From NCBI GenBank assembly GCA_004195715.1, contig PSPX01000006.1:9524-73523 (forward strand): a DNA stretch of 64,000 nt. Direction: 5' to 3'. The number at the start of each line of letters is the position of its first letter. Within the stretch, counting starts at the first letter, position 1. The notes under the pieces were generated by a model. It was not told the DNA's origin. It made no database searches and saw only the letters and a list, made by a program, of their open reading frames with translations. Shown here piece after piece: positions 19,442-29,580 of this stretch. Made by a program: the position numbers and the translations under genes. This DNA comes from Methanobacteriota archaeon (GTDB taxonomy: Archaea; Thermoplasmatota; Poseidoniia; Poseidoniales; Thalassarchaeaceae).

Positions 19442-19912
19442 TCAGAACCCAGATAGCCCGGGATATCTCTCCTCTGCGCTGCCACGAATCGCATGAGCAG
19501 CGTCGTCTAGTATCGATTGTCCAGAACCAGTCAGAATCTTACCTAGGTTGACAGTTCCGGCAAGATTGTGCTTACTGTCAATCAGTTCGCATGCAGATAA
19601 CTGCTGGAGAATGGTTCTAGCGATTTTTCTGGACCCAGAAACCGCACGGTTCTGCTTGACCCCCCTGTCCTTGGGACCTCCGAACTGCTGGGCCATGTGG
19701 TTGGCCCCAATCGGCCCCATCAACCCTACCTTTCTGAGAACTGCTGCTGAGCGGACGTACCACCAATCATCCTGGACTGGTGGCCTCTCCCTGTGACTGC
19801 CCGTCTTGACGTAATCAGCCCATTCCGGCGGAGACACCTGGTCCATGTCCTGCAGCCGGGTTGCTAACTCGGCTATCAGCAAATCAGCAGGGACATCGTG
19901 GTATGTGGTCAT
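19442..19912 (-). CDS. rps19e: 30S ribosomal protein S19e
   Basis: PPEWADYVKTG, WWYVRSAAVLRK, RTILQQL. Confidence 0.95.
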   Translation of the reverse strand: MTTYHDVPADLLIAELATRLQDMDQVSPPEWADYVKTGSHRERPPVQDDWWYVRSAAVLRKVGLMGPIGANHMAQQFGGPKDRGVKQNRAVSGSRKIARTILQQLSACELIDSKHNLAGTVNLGKILTGSGQSILDDAAHAIRGSAEERYPGLSGF

Positions 19913-20046
19913 TTACTCACCGTGCGGACCGGCCGTCCTAGAGACCATATTTAATCGTGATGACCATTGATTTGCCACTGCGTGGCAGCATAGGTGCCTG
20001 AGTTGCGCCTCCAAGTATTGAAATCTCGGACTCAGCACGAGGTGTC

Positions 20047-20844
20047 ATGCGCAAGTCCCTGTCGCGCAACCCTAACATGCTGAGGACGATGATTGGGATA
20101 GGTATGGTGCTAATTCTAGTACTGGGATACGCAGTGTATTCGAATACTGTCGACTCTGAGTATTATGGCTATTCGACGACAAATGAGCCTATTATACTGC
20201 AAATGGAAGAAGAAGTAGAAGGGGAGGCGAAGTGGCAGACGACTTCTGATGGGGCATTGACATGGATCAACGTGACTGTATATGGGGTTTCCGTGGGCAA
20301 TACAATCAGAGTCGAAACGTCAGGGGTGGAATGGTATCATTCCCTCCTGTTAGGTGCGCCCGATGCAGATAATTTCAACTGCGGGGAATGGAGTGAGGTA
20401 TCAGAGTCATGTGTACTGGCCAGAGCTCACGAGGTACAAGTCGAGAACGACAATATGACAGTCAGGGGCCTTGTCACGCTGGAGCTTCCTATTGACGGAT
20501 TGGGATATCTGCAGAGTGAAGATTCAGACAGTGCAGAAGCCGAGGCTCTGAGTCTGATTGCAGATAGTCAGGATACAGTGTCATGGAAGGTTTCTGTGCT
20601 GGATGATGATGGGATTGTGAGTTCACAAGGCATCAACCTGACTATGGAGGTCGTCACTCATGAAATTGTATCCGTTAGTGAATTCAAACTAGACCCCATA
20701 CAGGAATCTGTATACAGCTTCGCTACCTTGGTCGGTTGCTTCTCACTATTGCTGGCCCTCCCTTTGATGGTGTACTACTCTGCGATGTACAAAGCCAAGA
20801 GAGATGAGCGTATCAGAGCCGAGGCGCCCGAGCCAGAACAGTGA
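20047..20844 (+). CDS. Hypothetical membrane protein (N- and C-terminal TM helices, acidic extracellular domain)
   Basis: Hydrophobic segments at both ends. Confidence 0.7.
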   Translation: MRKSLSRNPNMLRTMIGIGMVLILVLGYAVYSNTVDSEYYGYSTTNEPIILQMEEEVEGEAKWQTTSDGALTWINVTVYGVSVGNTIRVETSGVEWYHSLLLGAPDADNFNCGEWSEVSESCVLARAHEVQVENDNMTVRGLVTLELPIDGLGYLQSEDSDSAEAEALSLIADSQDTVSWKVSVLDDDGIVSSQGINLTMEVVTHEIVSVSEFKLDPIQESVYSFATLVGCFSLLLALPLMVYYSAMYKAKRDERIRAEAPEPEQ

Positions 20845-21306
20845 CTACTCCTCCGAGTCCAAACCCAAACTCGAACTCGGAGGGAGGAGTTTTCCCGATG
20901 GATCATATCTGGACGATACATTCCACTCGCCTTTGAATGATGTTTGCCTGACTATTGCTAGGCCGTCAGATACTAATAGATTCACAGAAGCTTGCAGCCT
21001 CTCATCAACTGGGGCTATTCTTTCATGGAAGGTAGCATCCATCAAGCGGCAAATTTCTCTGAATTGATTAGTTCCATCCATCAGTTCCCAAAGTACTGAA
21101 TTCATATCATCCATAGGTCGGCGGACCTCTTTTGGTGCTCGCAATATTCCAGATATTAGGGCCTCGAATCCAGATAGGGATTTAGGGATTCTAATAACGA
21201 CTTGTCTTCCGGTTACACCGAGTCTTTCGGGATGTGGACCGGGAGGGCCTCTGTGACCCCACCACACAGGAGCTCTGGTAGGAAATGCCTCATCTGTAAT
21301 CAACAT
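20845..21306 (-). CDS. PqqD/RRE-like winged-helix protein
   Basis: MDDMNSVLWELMDGTNQFREIC...ERLQASVNLLVSDGL resembles the PqqD-family pattern. Start set at the TGATG overlap with the upstream small ORF. Confidence 0.6.
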   Translation of the reverse strand: MLITDEAFPTRAPVWWGHRGPPGPHPERLGVTGRQVVIRIPKSLSGFEALISGILRAPKEVRRPMDDMNSVLWELMDGTNQFREICRLMDATFHERIAPVDERLQASVNLLVSDGLAIVRQTSFKGEWNVSSRYDPSGKLLPPSSSLGLDSEE

Positions 21307-21473
21307 CAGAGAAACACCCATGCCACCATTGTAAGCATTGAACTGATGCCTATGAGTGCAGACAATCTAACTAGTCCTTCCCTATCAGTGAAATTGCTAA
21401 GGTACCACGTGGAAACGCCTGCAATGGCACAAACCAGTAACAGCACCTCACTGCCTTCCGGCAAATTCTGCAA
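21306..21473 (-). CDS. Small 55-aa two-TM membrane protein (absent from the ORF track)
   Basis: Manual translation from TTG: MQNLPEGSEVLLLVCAIAGVSTWYLSNFTDREGLVRLSALIGISSMLTMVAWVFL. Fills the gap exactly, with GAGGGA upstream. Confidence 0.7.
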   Translation of the reverse strand: MQNLPEGSEVLLLVCAIAGVSTWYLSNFTDREGLVRLSALIGISSMLTMVAWVFL

Positions 21474-21482
21474 ATCAATCCC

Positions 21483-22031
21483 TCAGCGTTTACTCCTGAG
21501 GTACTCGGCTGAATCGATGAGGGATCGTGCCATATCACGAATCCTTAGATTCAATTTCTCGTCGACTAAATCTCCGTTTTCATCAAAAGCCGAACGGACA
21601 TTGCCTACTGCAACCTGCTCAGGTACGACCCAACCGTGTATCCAACGAACTGAAATCCTCATGTGATTAAGCGTATTCGAATTCGACTGACCTCCGAGTG
21701 TACTCATCAAGGCAAATGACTTGTTGGATGTCTGGTCGTACGACAAGAAATCCAAGTTGTTCTTCATAACTCCGCTCATGGTACCATGATACTCGGGACT
21801 AGAAAGAATGAATGCATCTGATGATAAAGCGGTGTTCTGAAACGACTTAACAGATTCATCATCCCAGCAGCCCTCTTCTCCGACGAACGGTAGAGGACTC
21901 GAATTATCCCATTTCACGCACTCGGCTCCCATAGACTCACAGTGCTTGAATGCTATCTCCAACAATCTACCATTGGCCGAATCAGTTGAGAATGTCCCAC
22001 AAATCCCCATCACTCTAATTGCCTCGGCCAT
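21483..22031 (-). CDS. NADPH-dependent FMN reductase
   Basis: GICGT...S.N, SPEYHGTMSGVMKNNLD flavodoxin-like motifs. Confidence 0.88.
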   Translation of the reverse strand: MAEAIRVMGICGTFSTDSANGRLLEIAFKHCESMGAECVKWDNSSPLPFVGEEGCWDDESVKSFQNTALSSDAFILSSPEYHGTMSGVMKNNLDFLSYDQTSNKSFALMSTLGGQSNSNTLNHMRISVRWIHGWVVPEQVAVGNVRSAFDENGDLVDEKLNLRIRDMARSLIDSAEYLRSKR

Positions 22032-22105
22032 GGGGTTACGAAGACGCGTTACGCCTTGAATGCAAGGGTCAAAGCAGTATCAGGTTCAGAGAATGTTTAA
22101 CCCAT

Positions 22106-23884
22106 ATGCGCCAAGGCGAAAGCGTGGTCAAACCCACCGTAATCGACTTGCTCGAAGAAGCCTCTACCAAGGCATCCTCAGGAGACCTAATGGGAGCCAT
22201 GGAATCATACGGCAGAGCCATCGATATAGATGCGAAGAGTGCATCGGCTTGGTACGGCATGGGAGTCATGCAAGCCAAGCGGGGTAATACGGCAGATGCC
22301 GTATCAGCATTCGACCATGCCCTCGATTTGAATCCGGACCATGCCCCAACTAATGCTAACCTAGCGGTACTGCTTGAAGGTTCAGATCCAGTTAGAGCTT
22401 CCGAATTAGCAAGAAGGGCGCTTCTGACTATATCTGATTTGGAGGACTTAGATAGAATAGCCGCCATGCACCCAGTTGATGATCCTCCTCTACTGATTTC
22501 CAAAGTTACTGTAGAAGAAGAAATTATCGAAGAGGCTCCGATGCTTGAGTCCAACCCAGTTGATGAAGAGCCGCCCCTGCTGCAATCAACCGCAGTACTC
22601 CGGGACATCGAAGAAGTTCTTTCCGAGGCTCGTATACACCTTCAAAGCGGAACTTTTCAAGAAGCTCTCGATTCTATTCAGCCGCGTTTGGAAGGGGATG
22701 CCTCATCCAACCACGAACTCTGGTCAATATGCGGAGTCTGTCTCTCTCAATTGGGACATGACGAAGACGCGATACAAGCCATAGAATACGCCATATCTAT
22801 CGGTGAAGACGAGGCTAAGATGCATTTCAATCTCGCGCAGTTGCTACGAAAATCCGGACGTGTGGAAGAAGCTATGCAATCACTCGCGAACGCACTGCTA
22901 TCTGATCCTGCCCATATCAACAGCCTTGTGGCCAGAGGTGAGATTTTTGCAGATAGGGGAGAATACGATATAGCTGTGCAGAATTGGCGTCGAGTTGTTA
23001 CGATAGATCCTGAGAATTCGATAAATAATCGGTTGGTAGAATTAGAGGAGAAGGAATCTCAAAAACTCGATGATTTGAGTTCGGAAGTAAAGTTAGAGGT
23101 AGATGAGATCAGAGATGACGAGCAAGTCGAGCCATCCTTTGTAGAAACCAAGTCATACAAGATAACGAAAGCTCAAGAATTGACTGAAAGCGGAGAACAC
23201 GTAGCCGCAGTAAATGCTTGGAAGGAATTGCTCGAAGAAGATAACCAATCTGCGCAGATATGGCATGGTCTGGCTGATGCGCTGTCGGTGGCAGGACATG
23301 TAGACAGAGCTCAACAGTGCCGACAGAGGGCAAGTTTTCTCGAACGGGGAGAGCAGCGTGCTTTACTCGAGACTGACGCAGAGACAGAGGCTGATCTGAT
23401 TGAGGCGGCTATTGAGGCTGAGCGGATTGGCTCACGTCTACCGCCCAGTGAAGAGGAGAGTGTGAATGTCTGCATCGAGTGGTACAATAAGGGCTTGAAT
23501 ATGCTGACCGAGGAGAACGGGTTGGAGGCACTGAATTGTTTCGAGAGGGCAATCGGAGGGGCGCCTAGAGAGGAACGGGAGTTGAGGATTAGAGCTCAGA
23601 ACGGTAGAGGGCACGCACTGTACCAATTGACTAGGTATCCTGAGAGCATACAAGCATACCACGCTGCGATCTCTATGGATCCCGCAGGAGTTACTGGAAG
23701 ATCCCTATACAACATGGGGTCATCATATGCTGCCGTCGAATTGTACTCAGATGCCATCAAGTGCTTCGAACAGGCCCTTGGTAGGGGCCTCGATACGGAT
23801 GATACTGCTGTATGTAAGACTCAAATCAACCGCTGCAGATTGTTACACAAAGAGCAGCAGAAGCGTCAGCGTCAGGAAGCCTGA
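22106..23884 (+). CDS. Tetratricopeptide-repeat protein
   Basis: Several TPR clusters (AWYGMG..., HFNLAQLL..., LYNMGSSY...) separated by acidic linkers. Confidence 0.85.
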   Translation: MRQGESVVKPTVIDLLEEASTKASSGDLMGAMESYGRAIDIDAKSASAWYGMGVMQAKRGNTADAVSAFDHALDLNPDHAPTNANLAVLLEGSDPVRASELARRALLTISDLEDLDRIAAMHPVDDPPLLISKVTVEEEIIEEAPMLESNPVDEEPPLLQSTAVLRDIEEVLSEARIHLQSGTFQEALDSIQPRLEGDASSNHELWSICGVCLSQLGHDEDAIQAIEYAISIGEDEAKMHFNLAQLLRKSGRVEEAMQSLANALLSDPAHINSLVARGEIFADRGEYDIAVQNWRRVVTIDPENSINNRLVELEEKESQKLDDLSSEVKLEVDEIRDDEQVEPSFVETKSYKITKAQELTESGEHVAAVNAWKELLEEDNQSAQIWHGLADALSVAGHVDRAQQCRQRASFLERGEQRALLETDAETEADLIEAAIEAERIGSRLPPSEEESVNVCIEWYNKGLNMLTEENGLEALNCFERAIGGAPREERELRIRAQNGRGHALYQLTRYPESIQAYHAAISMDPAGVTGRSLYNMGSSYAAVELYSDAIKCFEQALGRGLDTDDTAVCKTQINRCRLLHKEQQKRQRQEA

Positions 23885-26199
23885 CGCAACTGCTTCCTCC
23901 AAAATCTCATCTTACTCCTAGAGGGCACAACGCTGACGCTGACTGATTTACTGGTCGGCGTATTACTCCCTTCGGCAACACTACCAAGAGGTATCAGGGA
24001 GTTGGCTTCAGGGAAGTACGTTGCCACATTACCCCGTGGAATGTCGTACTGCACTACTCGCCATAATTCTGAATTCCTAGTTGTCCCATCGAAGTGAGAA
24101 GAGATGTCTACCATGCTACCTTGGGAAATCCCTGTATCCTGCATGTCTTCACCGTTCATCAAGACGACTCTGCGGGCATTCTTAATCCCTCGATATCTAT
24201 CATCCAAGCCGTATACGGTTGTGTTGTACTGGTCATGTGATCTGATTGTCATCATGATGAATTGGCCGGGTGGGGCGGAGGCCCGAGTAATCGGATGCAC
24301 TCTAAAATTGGCCCTTCCTGAATCAGTGTTGAAGGTCCTACCGTCGCGTGGTGCGTTCGGGAGATAGAATCCAGCATCCAGCTTAATTCGGTCATTATAC
24401 GACTCGAATCCAGGTACAGTAGACTCGATGAGATTCCTGATTAGACCGTAATCCTCAGATAATTCGTGCCAGAGTATTCCTGAATTACCTATGCGGGTTT
24501 CCAAGGCGGAGGCAATGCCCGAAACGATGGCGGGTTCAGAACGTAGTTTTTCAGAGGCAGGCTTAGCGGAACCCTTGGAGGCATGCACCACTCCCATCGA
24601 ATTCTCCACCGATACAGATTGATAAATTCCATTAGACGACAAATCCCTCTCTGATCTGCCAAGACACGGTAGTATCAGTGCCGTACGACCAGTAACCAAG
24701 TGAGAACGATTAGGTTTGGTGGAGATTTGTACTGTTAGACTGCATTGCTCTATAGCCCCGGAAGTGGCTGCAGTGTCTGACATAGCTGAAACGAAATTGC
24801 CTCCCATTGACAGGAAGACACTGGCCTTGCTATCGTTCATTGCCAACACGGAATTCACAGCGTCGAGGCCGGGTTTGTTTGGAGGATTGATGCCGATAGA
24901 ACTGCGGATTGAATCCAAGAATCCCGCAGAAGGATTGTGATTAATTCCTACAGTGCGATCGCCCTGTACGTTAGAATGGCCCCTTACTGGGCACACTCCT
25001 GCACCGGGCCTCCCTATGTGGCCACCAAGAAGAAGTACGTTCATGATCTCCTGTATAGTTGCTACCGAATTGCGATGCTGGGTCAGGCCCATTGCCCAGC
25101 AGACGATGGTAGATTTAGATTCACGCACCGCTCTACCAAGATACTCTATCTCCTGACGAGATACGCCCGCAGAATCTGAGATATCTGACCACTTCGAGCT
25201 CCTCACAGATTTTTTGTAGTCCTCGAATCCATGAGTATAGTCGGCGATAAAATCCATGTCGACTTCGCCCCCTGATATGATGAGTTTAGCTAGCCCCCTG
25301 AAGAGTGCCAAGTCGCCATTCACTGCCACAGGGACGTGCAAGTCTGCAATTGAGGTGCCTGAACCGAGCATTTCTAGGAGGTCCTGAGGATGTTTGAACT
25401 TCCTCATACCTGTCTCGAGCAGTGGATTGATGCTGACTATCGAGGCTCCTGCTCGCTTGGCATCCCTTAGAGCTGTGAGCATGCGAGGGTGATTTGTACC
25501 TGGATTCTGCCCGACCACAAGAATCAGGTCGGCCTTGGTGAAGTCATCCAATGTGACTGTGCCTTTACCTATGCCAATAGAGTCGCCCAACGCGACACCA
25601 GAGGACTCATGGCACATGTTAGAGCAATCGGGGAGGTTGTTGGTACCAAATCTCCTAGCGAGCAACTGCCACAGGAAGGCTGCCTCGTTACTGGTTCTAC
25701 CAGAGGTGTAGAATATCGCTTGGTCTGGATCCTTTAGCGAAGACAGCTCTTCTGCAATCAACTGGAAAGCATCTTCCCATGATATCTCCTCGTAATTGTC
25801 TGATTGTGGATGCAGGATCATCGGGTGCGTCAGTCTGCCTTGTGAGTTCAGCCATCTATCTGACTTCCTAGATAGATTGGCGACTGTCCAGCGGGACCAG
25901 AATGATGGATCTGCCCGTTCCCTCGTACCCTCGTCGGCGACAGCTTTGGCCCCGTTCTCGCAAAATTCGAAGTGAGTCCGATGGTCATCCGGATCTGGCC
26001 ACGCACATCCGGGACAATCGAAGCCATCGAAACGATTTACCTTGGAGAGGTTGGAAATGGATTTTATTACCCCCATACGACTCAGTCCGTGATACATCGT
26101 CGATACCACCGCTGGAATTCCAGCCGCCACTTGCTTCGGAGACGATATCTTCGGAGACTTCTCTTTGACCGGAGTCAGGTGCTCGACCTTCTTGCTCAC
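23872..26199 (-). CDS. FdhF/YdeP-family molybdopterin oxidoreductase (formate dehydrogenase alpha-like)
   Basis: GFDCPGCAWPDP, EFCENGAK, NNLPDCSNMCHESS, RGHSNVQG, RSHDQYNTT. Start uncertain. Confidence 0.92.
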   Translation of the reverse strand: MSKKVEHLTPVKEKSPKISSPKQVAAGIPAVVSTMYHGLSRMGVIKSISNLSKVNRFDGFDCPGCAWPDPDDHRTHFEFCENGAKAVADEGTRERADPSFWSRWTVANLSRKSDRWLNSQGRLTHPMILHPQSDNYEEISWEDAFQLIAEELSSLKDPDQAIFYTSGRTSNEAAFLWQLLARRFGTNNLPDCSNMCHESSGVALGDSIGIGKGTVTLDDFTKADLILVVGQNPGTNHPRMLTALRDAKRAGASIVSINPLLETGMRKFKHPQDLLEMLGSGTSIADLHVPVAVNGDLALFRGLAKLIISGGEVDMDFIADYTHGFEDYKKSVRSSKWSDISDSAGVSRQEIEYLGRAVRESKSTIVCWAMGLTQHRNSVATIQEIMNVLLLGGHIGRPGAGVCPVRGHSNVQGDRTVGINHNPSAGFLDSIRSSIGINPPNKPGLDAVNSVLAMNDSKASVFLSMGGNFVSAMSDTAATSGAIEQCSLTVQISTKPNRSHLVTGRTALILPCLGRSERDLSSNGIYQSVSVENSMGVVHASKGSAKPASEKLRSEPAIVSGIASALETRIGNSGILWHELSEDYGLIRNLIESTVPGFESYNDRIKLDAGFYLPNAPRDGRTFNTDSGRANFRVHPITRASAPPGQFIMMTIRSHDQYNTTVYGLDDRYRGIKNARRVVLMNGEDMQDTGISQGSMVDISSHFDGTTRNSELWRVVQYDIPRGNVATYFPEANSLIPLGSVAEGSNTPTSKSVSVSVVPSRSKMRFWRKQLRQAS

Positions 26200-26224
26200 G
26201 CCACTCGGACGCAGGTCGCTTACA

Positions 26225-27058
26225 TCAGGGTCTCGCTGTGTGACCGGCAGATTGTGGCATCTCGACCCTGCCACTGCCGCTGAACACAGTCATTCTGGTT
26301 TCAGCGGCGAACGAAATCAATGTCATACCGTGCTCATTTGCCATATCTACGGCAAGGCTGCTGGGAGCTCCAACTGAGATGAATACAGGGAACCCTGCTC
26401 TGAGAGCCTTCTGCACTAATTCGAAGGATGCTCTGCCTGATACCACCACCATTTCCTCCGTAATCGGGATCTGTCCAAATTTGACTGCGTTGCCGATGAG
26501 TTTGTCCATTGCATTATGGCGGCCGATATCCTCATGAGCATCAATAACTATCCCTCCACGTAGTACTCTGGCACAGGCGTGGGTCCCTCCTGTAAGCTTG
26601 AATGCATCCTGATGTTTACCGAGATTCGTCACGGCGTTAGAGACATCCTGTTGATTAACTTTGAATGACTCACTGAGAGGGTGTCCATGGACATGCAGAA
26701 GATTCGAAATCGAATCCTTACCGCAGATACCACATGATGAGGTGATGGTCGACCTTCTGACATGCTCATTGGGTTCAAAATTTGCATCTCCAGTCAGATG
26801 GGCAGTTATGGTGTCCTCCGTCGCATTCACTTCCGTGACATGATCTATCGAGTCTATGATTCCCTCAGAATGTAGATACCCCAGTATCAATAGCTCGTCC
26901 TGACCCGGAGTCCTCATTGTCAACCCTAAGGACTGCTCGTCCATTCCTAGGATAGATACTGCCATGGATAATGCCGCCTCAACAGAGACGATGTCAGGCT
27001 CGCGCGTACTCCGACCGGATACGAGTCTGACTACTGGCTTCTCCTCTGTGCCTTCCAC
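26225..27058 (-). CDS. fdhD: Formate dehydrogenase accessory sulfurtransferase
   Basis: TMRTPG, SSCGICGK, TGGTHA, EDIGRHNAMDKLIG, SGRASFELVQK. Start trimmed. Confidence 0.93.
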   Translation of the reverse strand: MEGTEEKPVVRLVSGRSTREPDIVSVEAALSMAVSILGMDEQSLGLTMRTPGQDELLILGYLHSEGIIDSIDHVTEVNATEDTITAHLTGDANFEPNEHVRRSTITSSCGICGKDSISNLLHVHGHPLSESFKVNQQDVSNAVTNLGKHQDAFKLTGGTHACARVLRGGIVIDAHEDIGRHNAMDKLIGNAVKFGQIPITEEMVVVSGRASFELVQKALRAGFPVFISVGAPSSLAVDMANEHGMTLISFAAETRMTVFSGSGRVEMPQSAGHTARP

Positions 27059-27149
27059 GCTCCGCGTATCGCGTTCATCGTATTGGGTTATGGCTTGAGT
27101 GAGATGGTTTCCGCAACCGTTGAAATACCCCTGTCGACAGGCGGGTACC

Positions 27150-27536
27150 ATGGGAATACTCGGAGGTGAGGGGTTCAGTCTACCCGTTGTTACTTCTACT
27201 GAAGTTGTTGACGTGCAGATTGAGTTCACCGAACCTGCCAAGCAGGCAATGAAATCCACCATGGGCGGAGACGGGACTACGCATGTGGTAATCATCAGCG
27301 CCGAATCAGGGGGATGTTCTGGATATATGTACGACATGCAGATAGTCGAAGACCCTAATGACGATTCTTTCCAGCGTATGGACGTCGGTGGTTTGACAGT
27401 GCTCGTCCACAATAAGGACAGCGAAATGCTTAGTGGTATCCGCGTAGATTACAAAGACACACTTATGGGTGGCGGGTTTCAAATCGACAATCCTAACGCG
27501 GACCGTTCTTGCGGTTGCGGCCAGTCATTCGGTTGA
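27150..27536 (+). CDS. A-type Fe-S carrier (IscA/SufA/HesB family)
   Basis: GGCSGY and NPNADRSCGCGQSF. Confidence 0.92.
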   Translation: MGILGGEGFSLPVVTSTEVVDVQIEFTEPAKQAMKSTMGGDGTTHVVIISAESGGCSGYMYDMQIVEDPNDDSFQRMDVGGLTVLVHNKDSEMLSGIRVDYKDTLMGGGFQIDNPNADRSCGCGQSFG

Positions 27537-27540
27537 GCGC

Positions 27541-28452
27541 ATGCCACCACTGGATCTACATCCTGTTGCGGAGGTAATACCTTCTCCATGTAGTGTCAGT
27601 GTACTCAAGGGAGATACCGCCATAGTACACCTGAATAGAACATTGACTGTAAAAACTTCAGAAATTCAATTCAGTGACAGAGTGGACGGATTGCTTTGCA
27701 ACGCCAACGGACGAATTCTGGATAGGCTGATGGTCTGCAACCTCGGAGAAGAGATCCTCCTTATTGGCAATCACGGGGTCGGTGACAACACACGCGAGAA
27801 CCTCATCCAAGGAATTCCTTGGGATGAGGAAATCACAGTGATGAACGGTGATGCAGCAATCACTCATCTGAGACTTGTTGGCAGGGCTGTTAACAGGTGT
27901 CTCGCAGGACTCGGTATAGATCCATTGGAAATCAGTGAAAACCGGTGGATCGAATACGGGAGTGCTTTAGTTTCGCGCACTGAATATAGTGAGTCGTCAG
28001 TAATCGAAATCCTAGTGCCATCGGCAGAGCTTGTTGCCTTCACCGCCCTATTACATGAAAACGGTGCCATATCATCAGATAGAAACAGATGTGAAAGTCT
28101 CCGTATAGAGCTCGGAATACTCGATCACAGGGAGATGAATTCAGCATTCCTACCCTTTGAACTGGGCCTGGGACACATGGTCAACCTCAACAAGGGATGC
28201 TATCCAGGGCAGGAGATTCATGCTAGAATGGACAGTCGGGGAAAGGCTTCTCGCGGTATTGTGAGACTGCATCTGCCTTCTGACGTGACCGTTGGAAAGC
28301 ACAAGGTGGCCGGGGTAGGCAACATCACAGTCACAGCATCTGCAAAAGCGTTCGAAGGATCCGTGGCCCTTGCCGTAGTGCCTCTTCCGGCAATTGCTCT
28401 TGAAGAGTTGGAACTGGGAGACGGTTTGATTGCGGCAATGCAGTCACTCTGA
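27541..28452 (+). CDS. ygfZ: YgfZ/Iba57-family folate-binding Fe-S maturation protein
   Basis: KGCYPGQE signature; adjacent to the A-type carrier. Confidence 0.85.
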   Translation: MPPLDLHPVAEVIPSPCSVSVLKGDTAIVHLNRTLTVKTSEIQFSDRVDGLLCNANGRILDRLMVCNLGEEILLIGNHGVGDNTRENLIQGIPWDEEITVMNGDAAITHLRLVGRAVNRCLAGLGIDPLEISENRWIEYGSALVSRTEYSESSVIEILVPSAELVAFTALLHENGAISSDRNRCESLRIELGILDHREMNSAFLPFELGLGHMVNLNKGCYPGQEIHARMDSRGKASRGIVRLHLPSDVTVGKHKVAGVGNITVTASAKAFEGSVALAVVPLPAIALEELELGDGLIAAMQSL

Positions 28453-29520
28453 CTCAATACTATCAAATTTGAATATCTCCCCTTTGTCCACCCACTCCGA
28501 CAAGGGCATTAGAGGTGAGAGCCGCAACGTTCCTAGATTTCTGGTGAATAGATACACTGTGGGGTCATACTCCTCAACCATCTGCATTTGAAACGCCTTC
28601 CTGACTCCTTTACCTCTAGAGTGGAAAAAACTCAATTCCACAATTACTCCGATGATGGTTGCAGTATAGAGAACCAGTAGTACACTCAATGAGAATACCA
28701 CGGGGTCACCAAACAACTCATTCGACCGGAATTGACTGCCGTAAAGCAATTGCCGGGTAATCAGGAAAACTAGGCCTACACCGACAAGGGGACCTAGGGC
28801 GTCCTCCACAAAGGTGTCCATGGGGATCAATCGTCGTTTGGTTGGGTCAGCAAACACAAGGGCGTTCGCAGTAGCGGCCCTGATTACGGATGTAATAGAT
28901 ACCAACACTATGTAGACCGTTCCACTGACTAGAAAAATCTCTCGGGATCCTAAAGGAAGATAGAGTACTACGAGATATGCGAATAGTCCTAGGAAGACGG
29001 TGATTGGGAGTCTGTGCACTGAAGTCAGAACTCGGTCTAGTTGCTTGGCTCCGTCATCTAAGCGCGGTATCCCAATGATTTCCCATCGTGTAATACTCTG
29101 AAGCAGCTTAGCAGATTTGGCAAGCGCTCTCTTGTCTATCATAATCCATTCAATCGCCCTCAGCACAGGCATCAGAGGGATTGCAATTACTGCCGCGAAA
29201 AGACCAAGCACGGGCCAGACAATCAGACTTGGGAGCAGCAGGAAGTGCTGGATTCTTAGAGGATGAAACAAATTAGATTCTATTCTAGCTTGTCTCTCGG
29301 GGTCTATCATGAATCTACGCGCCTCGGCATCCAATTCTGCTCTGTACCTGCGCAGTGGAATACCAGCATCCAACACACTGCGAACTTTCTCCATGTAGTG
29401 CTCGTGCTCCGGTTCGGAGCCGACCCACCACTTCCAACCCACGGATAGTGGAAGGGCCAGAATCAAGGGAGATAATAGAATGAGAGTTGAGGTTACCAAT
29501 GCCTCGGAAGTTGCAACCAC
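28444..29520 (-). CDS. Hypothetical polytopic membrane protein
   Basis: About 6 hydrophobic segments in 358 aa. Confidence 0.7.
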   Translation of the reverse strand: MVATSEALVTSTLILLSPLILALPLSVGWKWWVGSEPEHEHYMEKVRSVLDAGIPLRRYRAELDAEARRFMIDPERQARIESNLFHPLRIQHFLLLPSLIVWPVLGLFAAVIAIPLMPVLRAIEWIMIDKRALAKSAKLLQSITRWEIIGIPRLDDGAKQLDRVLTSVHRLPITVFLGLFAYLVVLYLPLGSREIFLVSGTVYIVLVSITSVIRAATANALVFADPTKRRLIPMDTFVEDALGPLVGVGLVFLITRQLLYGSQFRSNELFGDPVVFSLSVLLVLYTATIIGVIVELSFFHSRGKGVRKAFQMQMVEEYDPTVYLFTRNLGTLRLSPLMPLSEWVDKGEIFKFDSIESE

Positions 29521-29580
29521 GCCTCGTGGTCGTCATTCCCCCCAATAACCAAGCGGTGCCAGAAGAGGTGGTGAGCAGAA

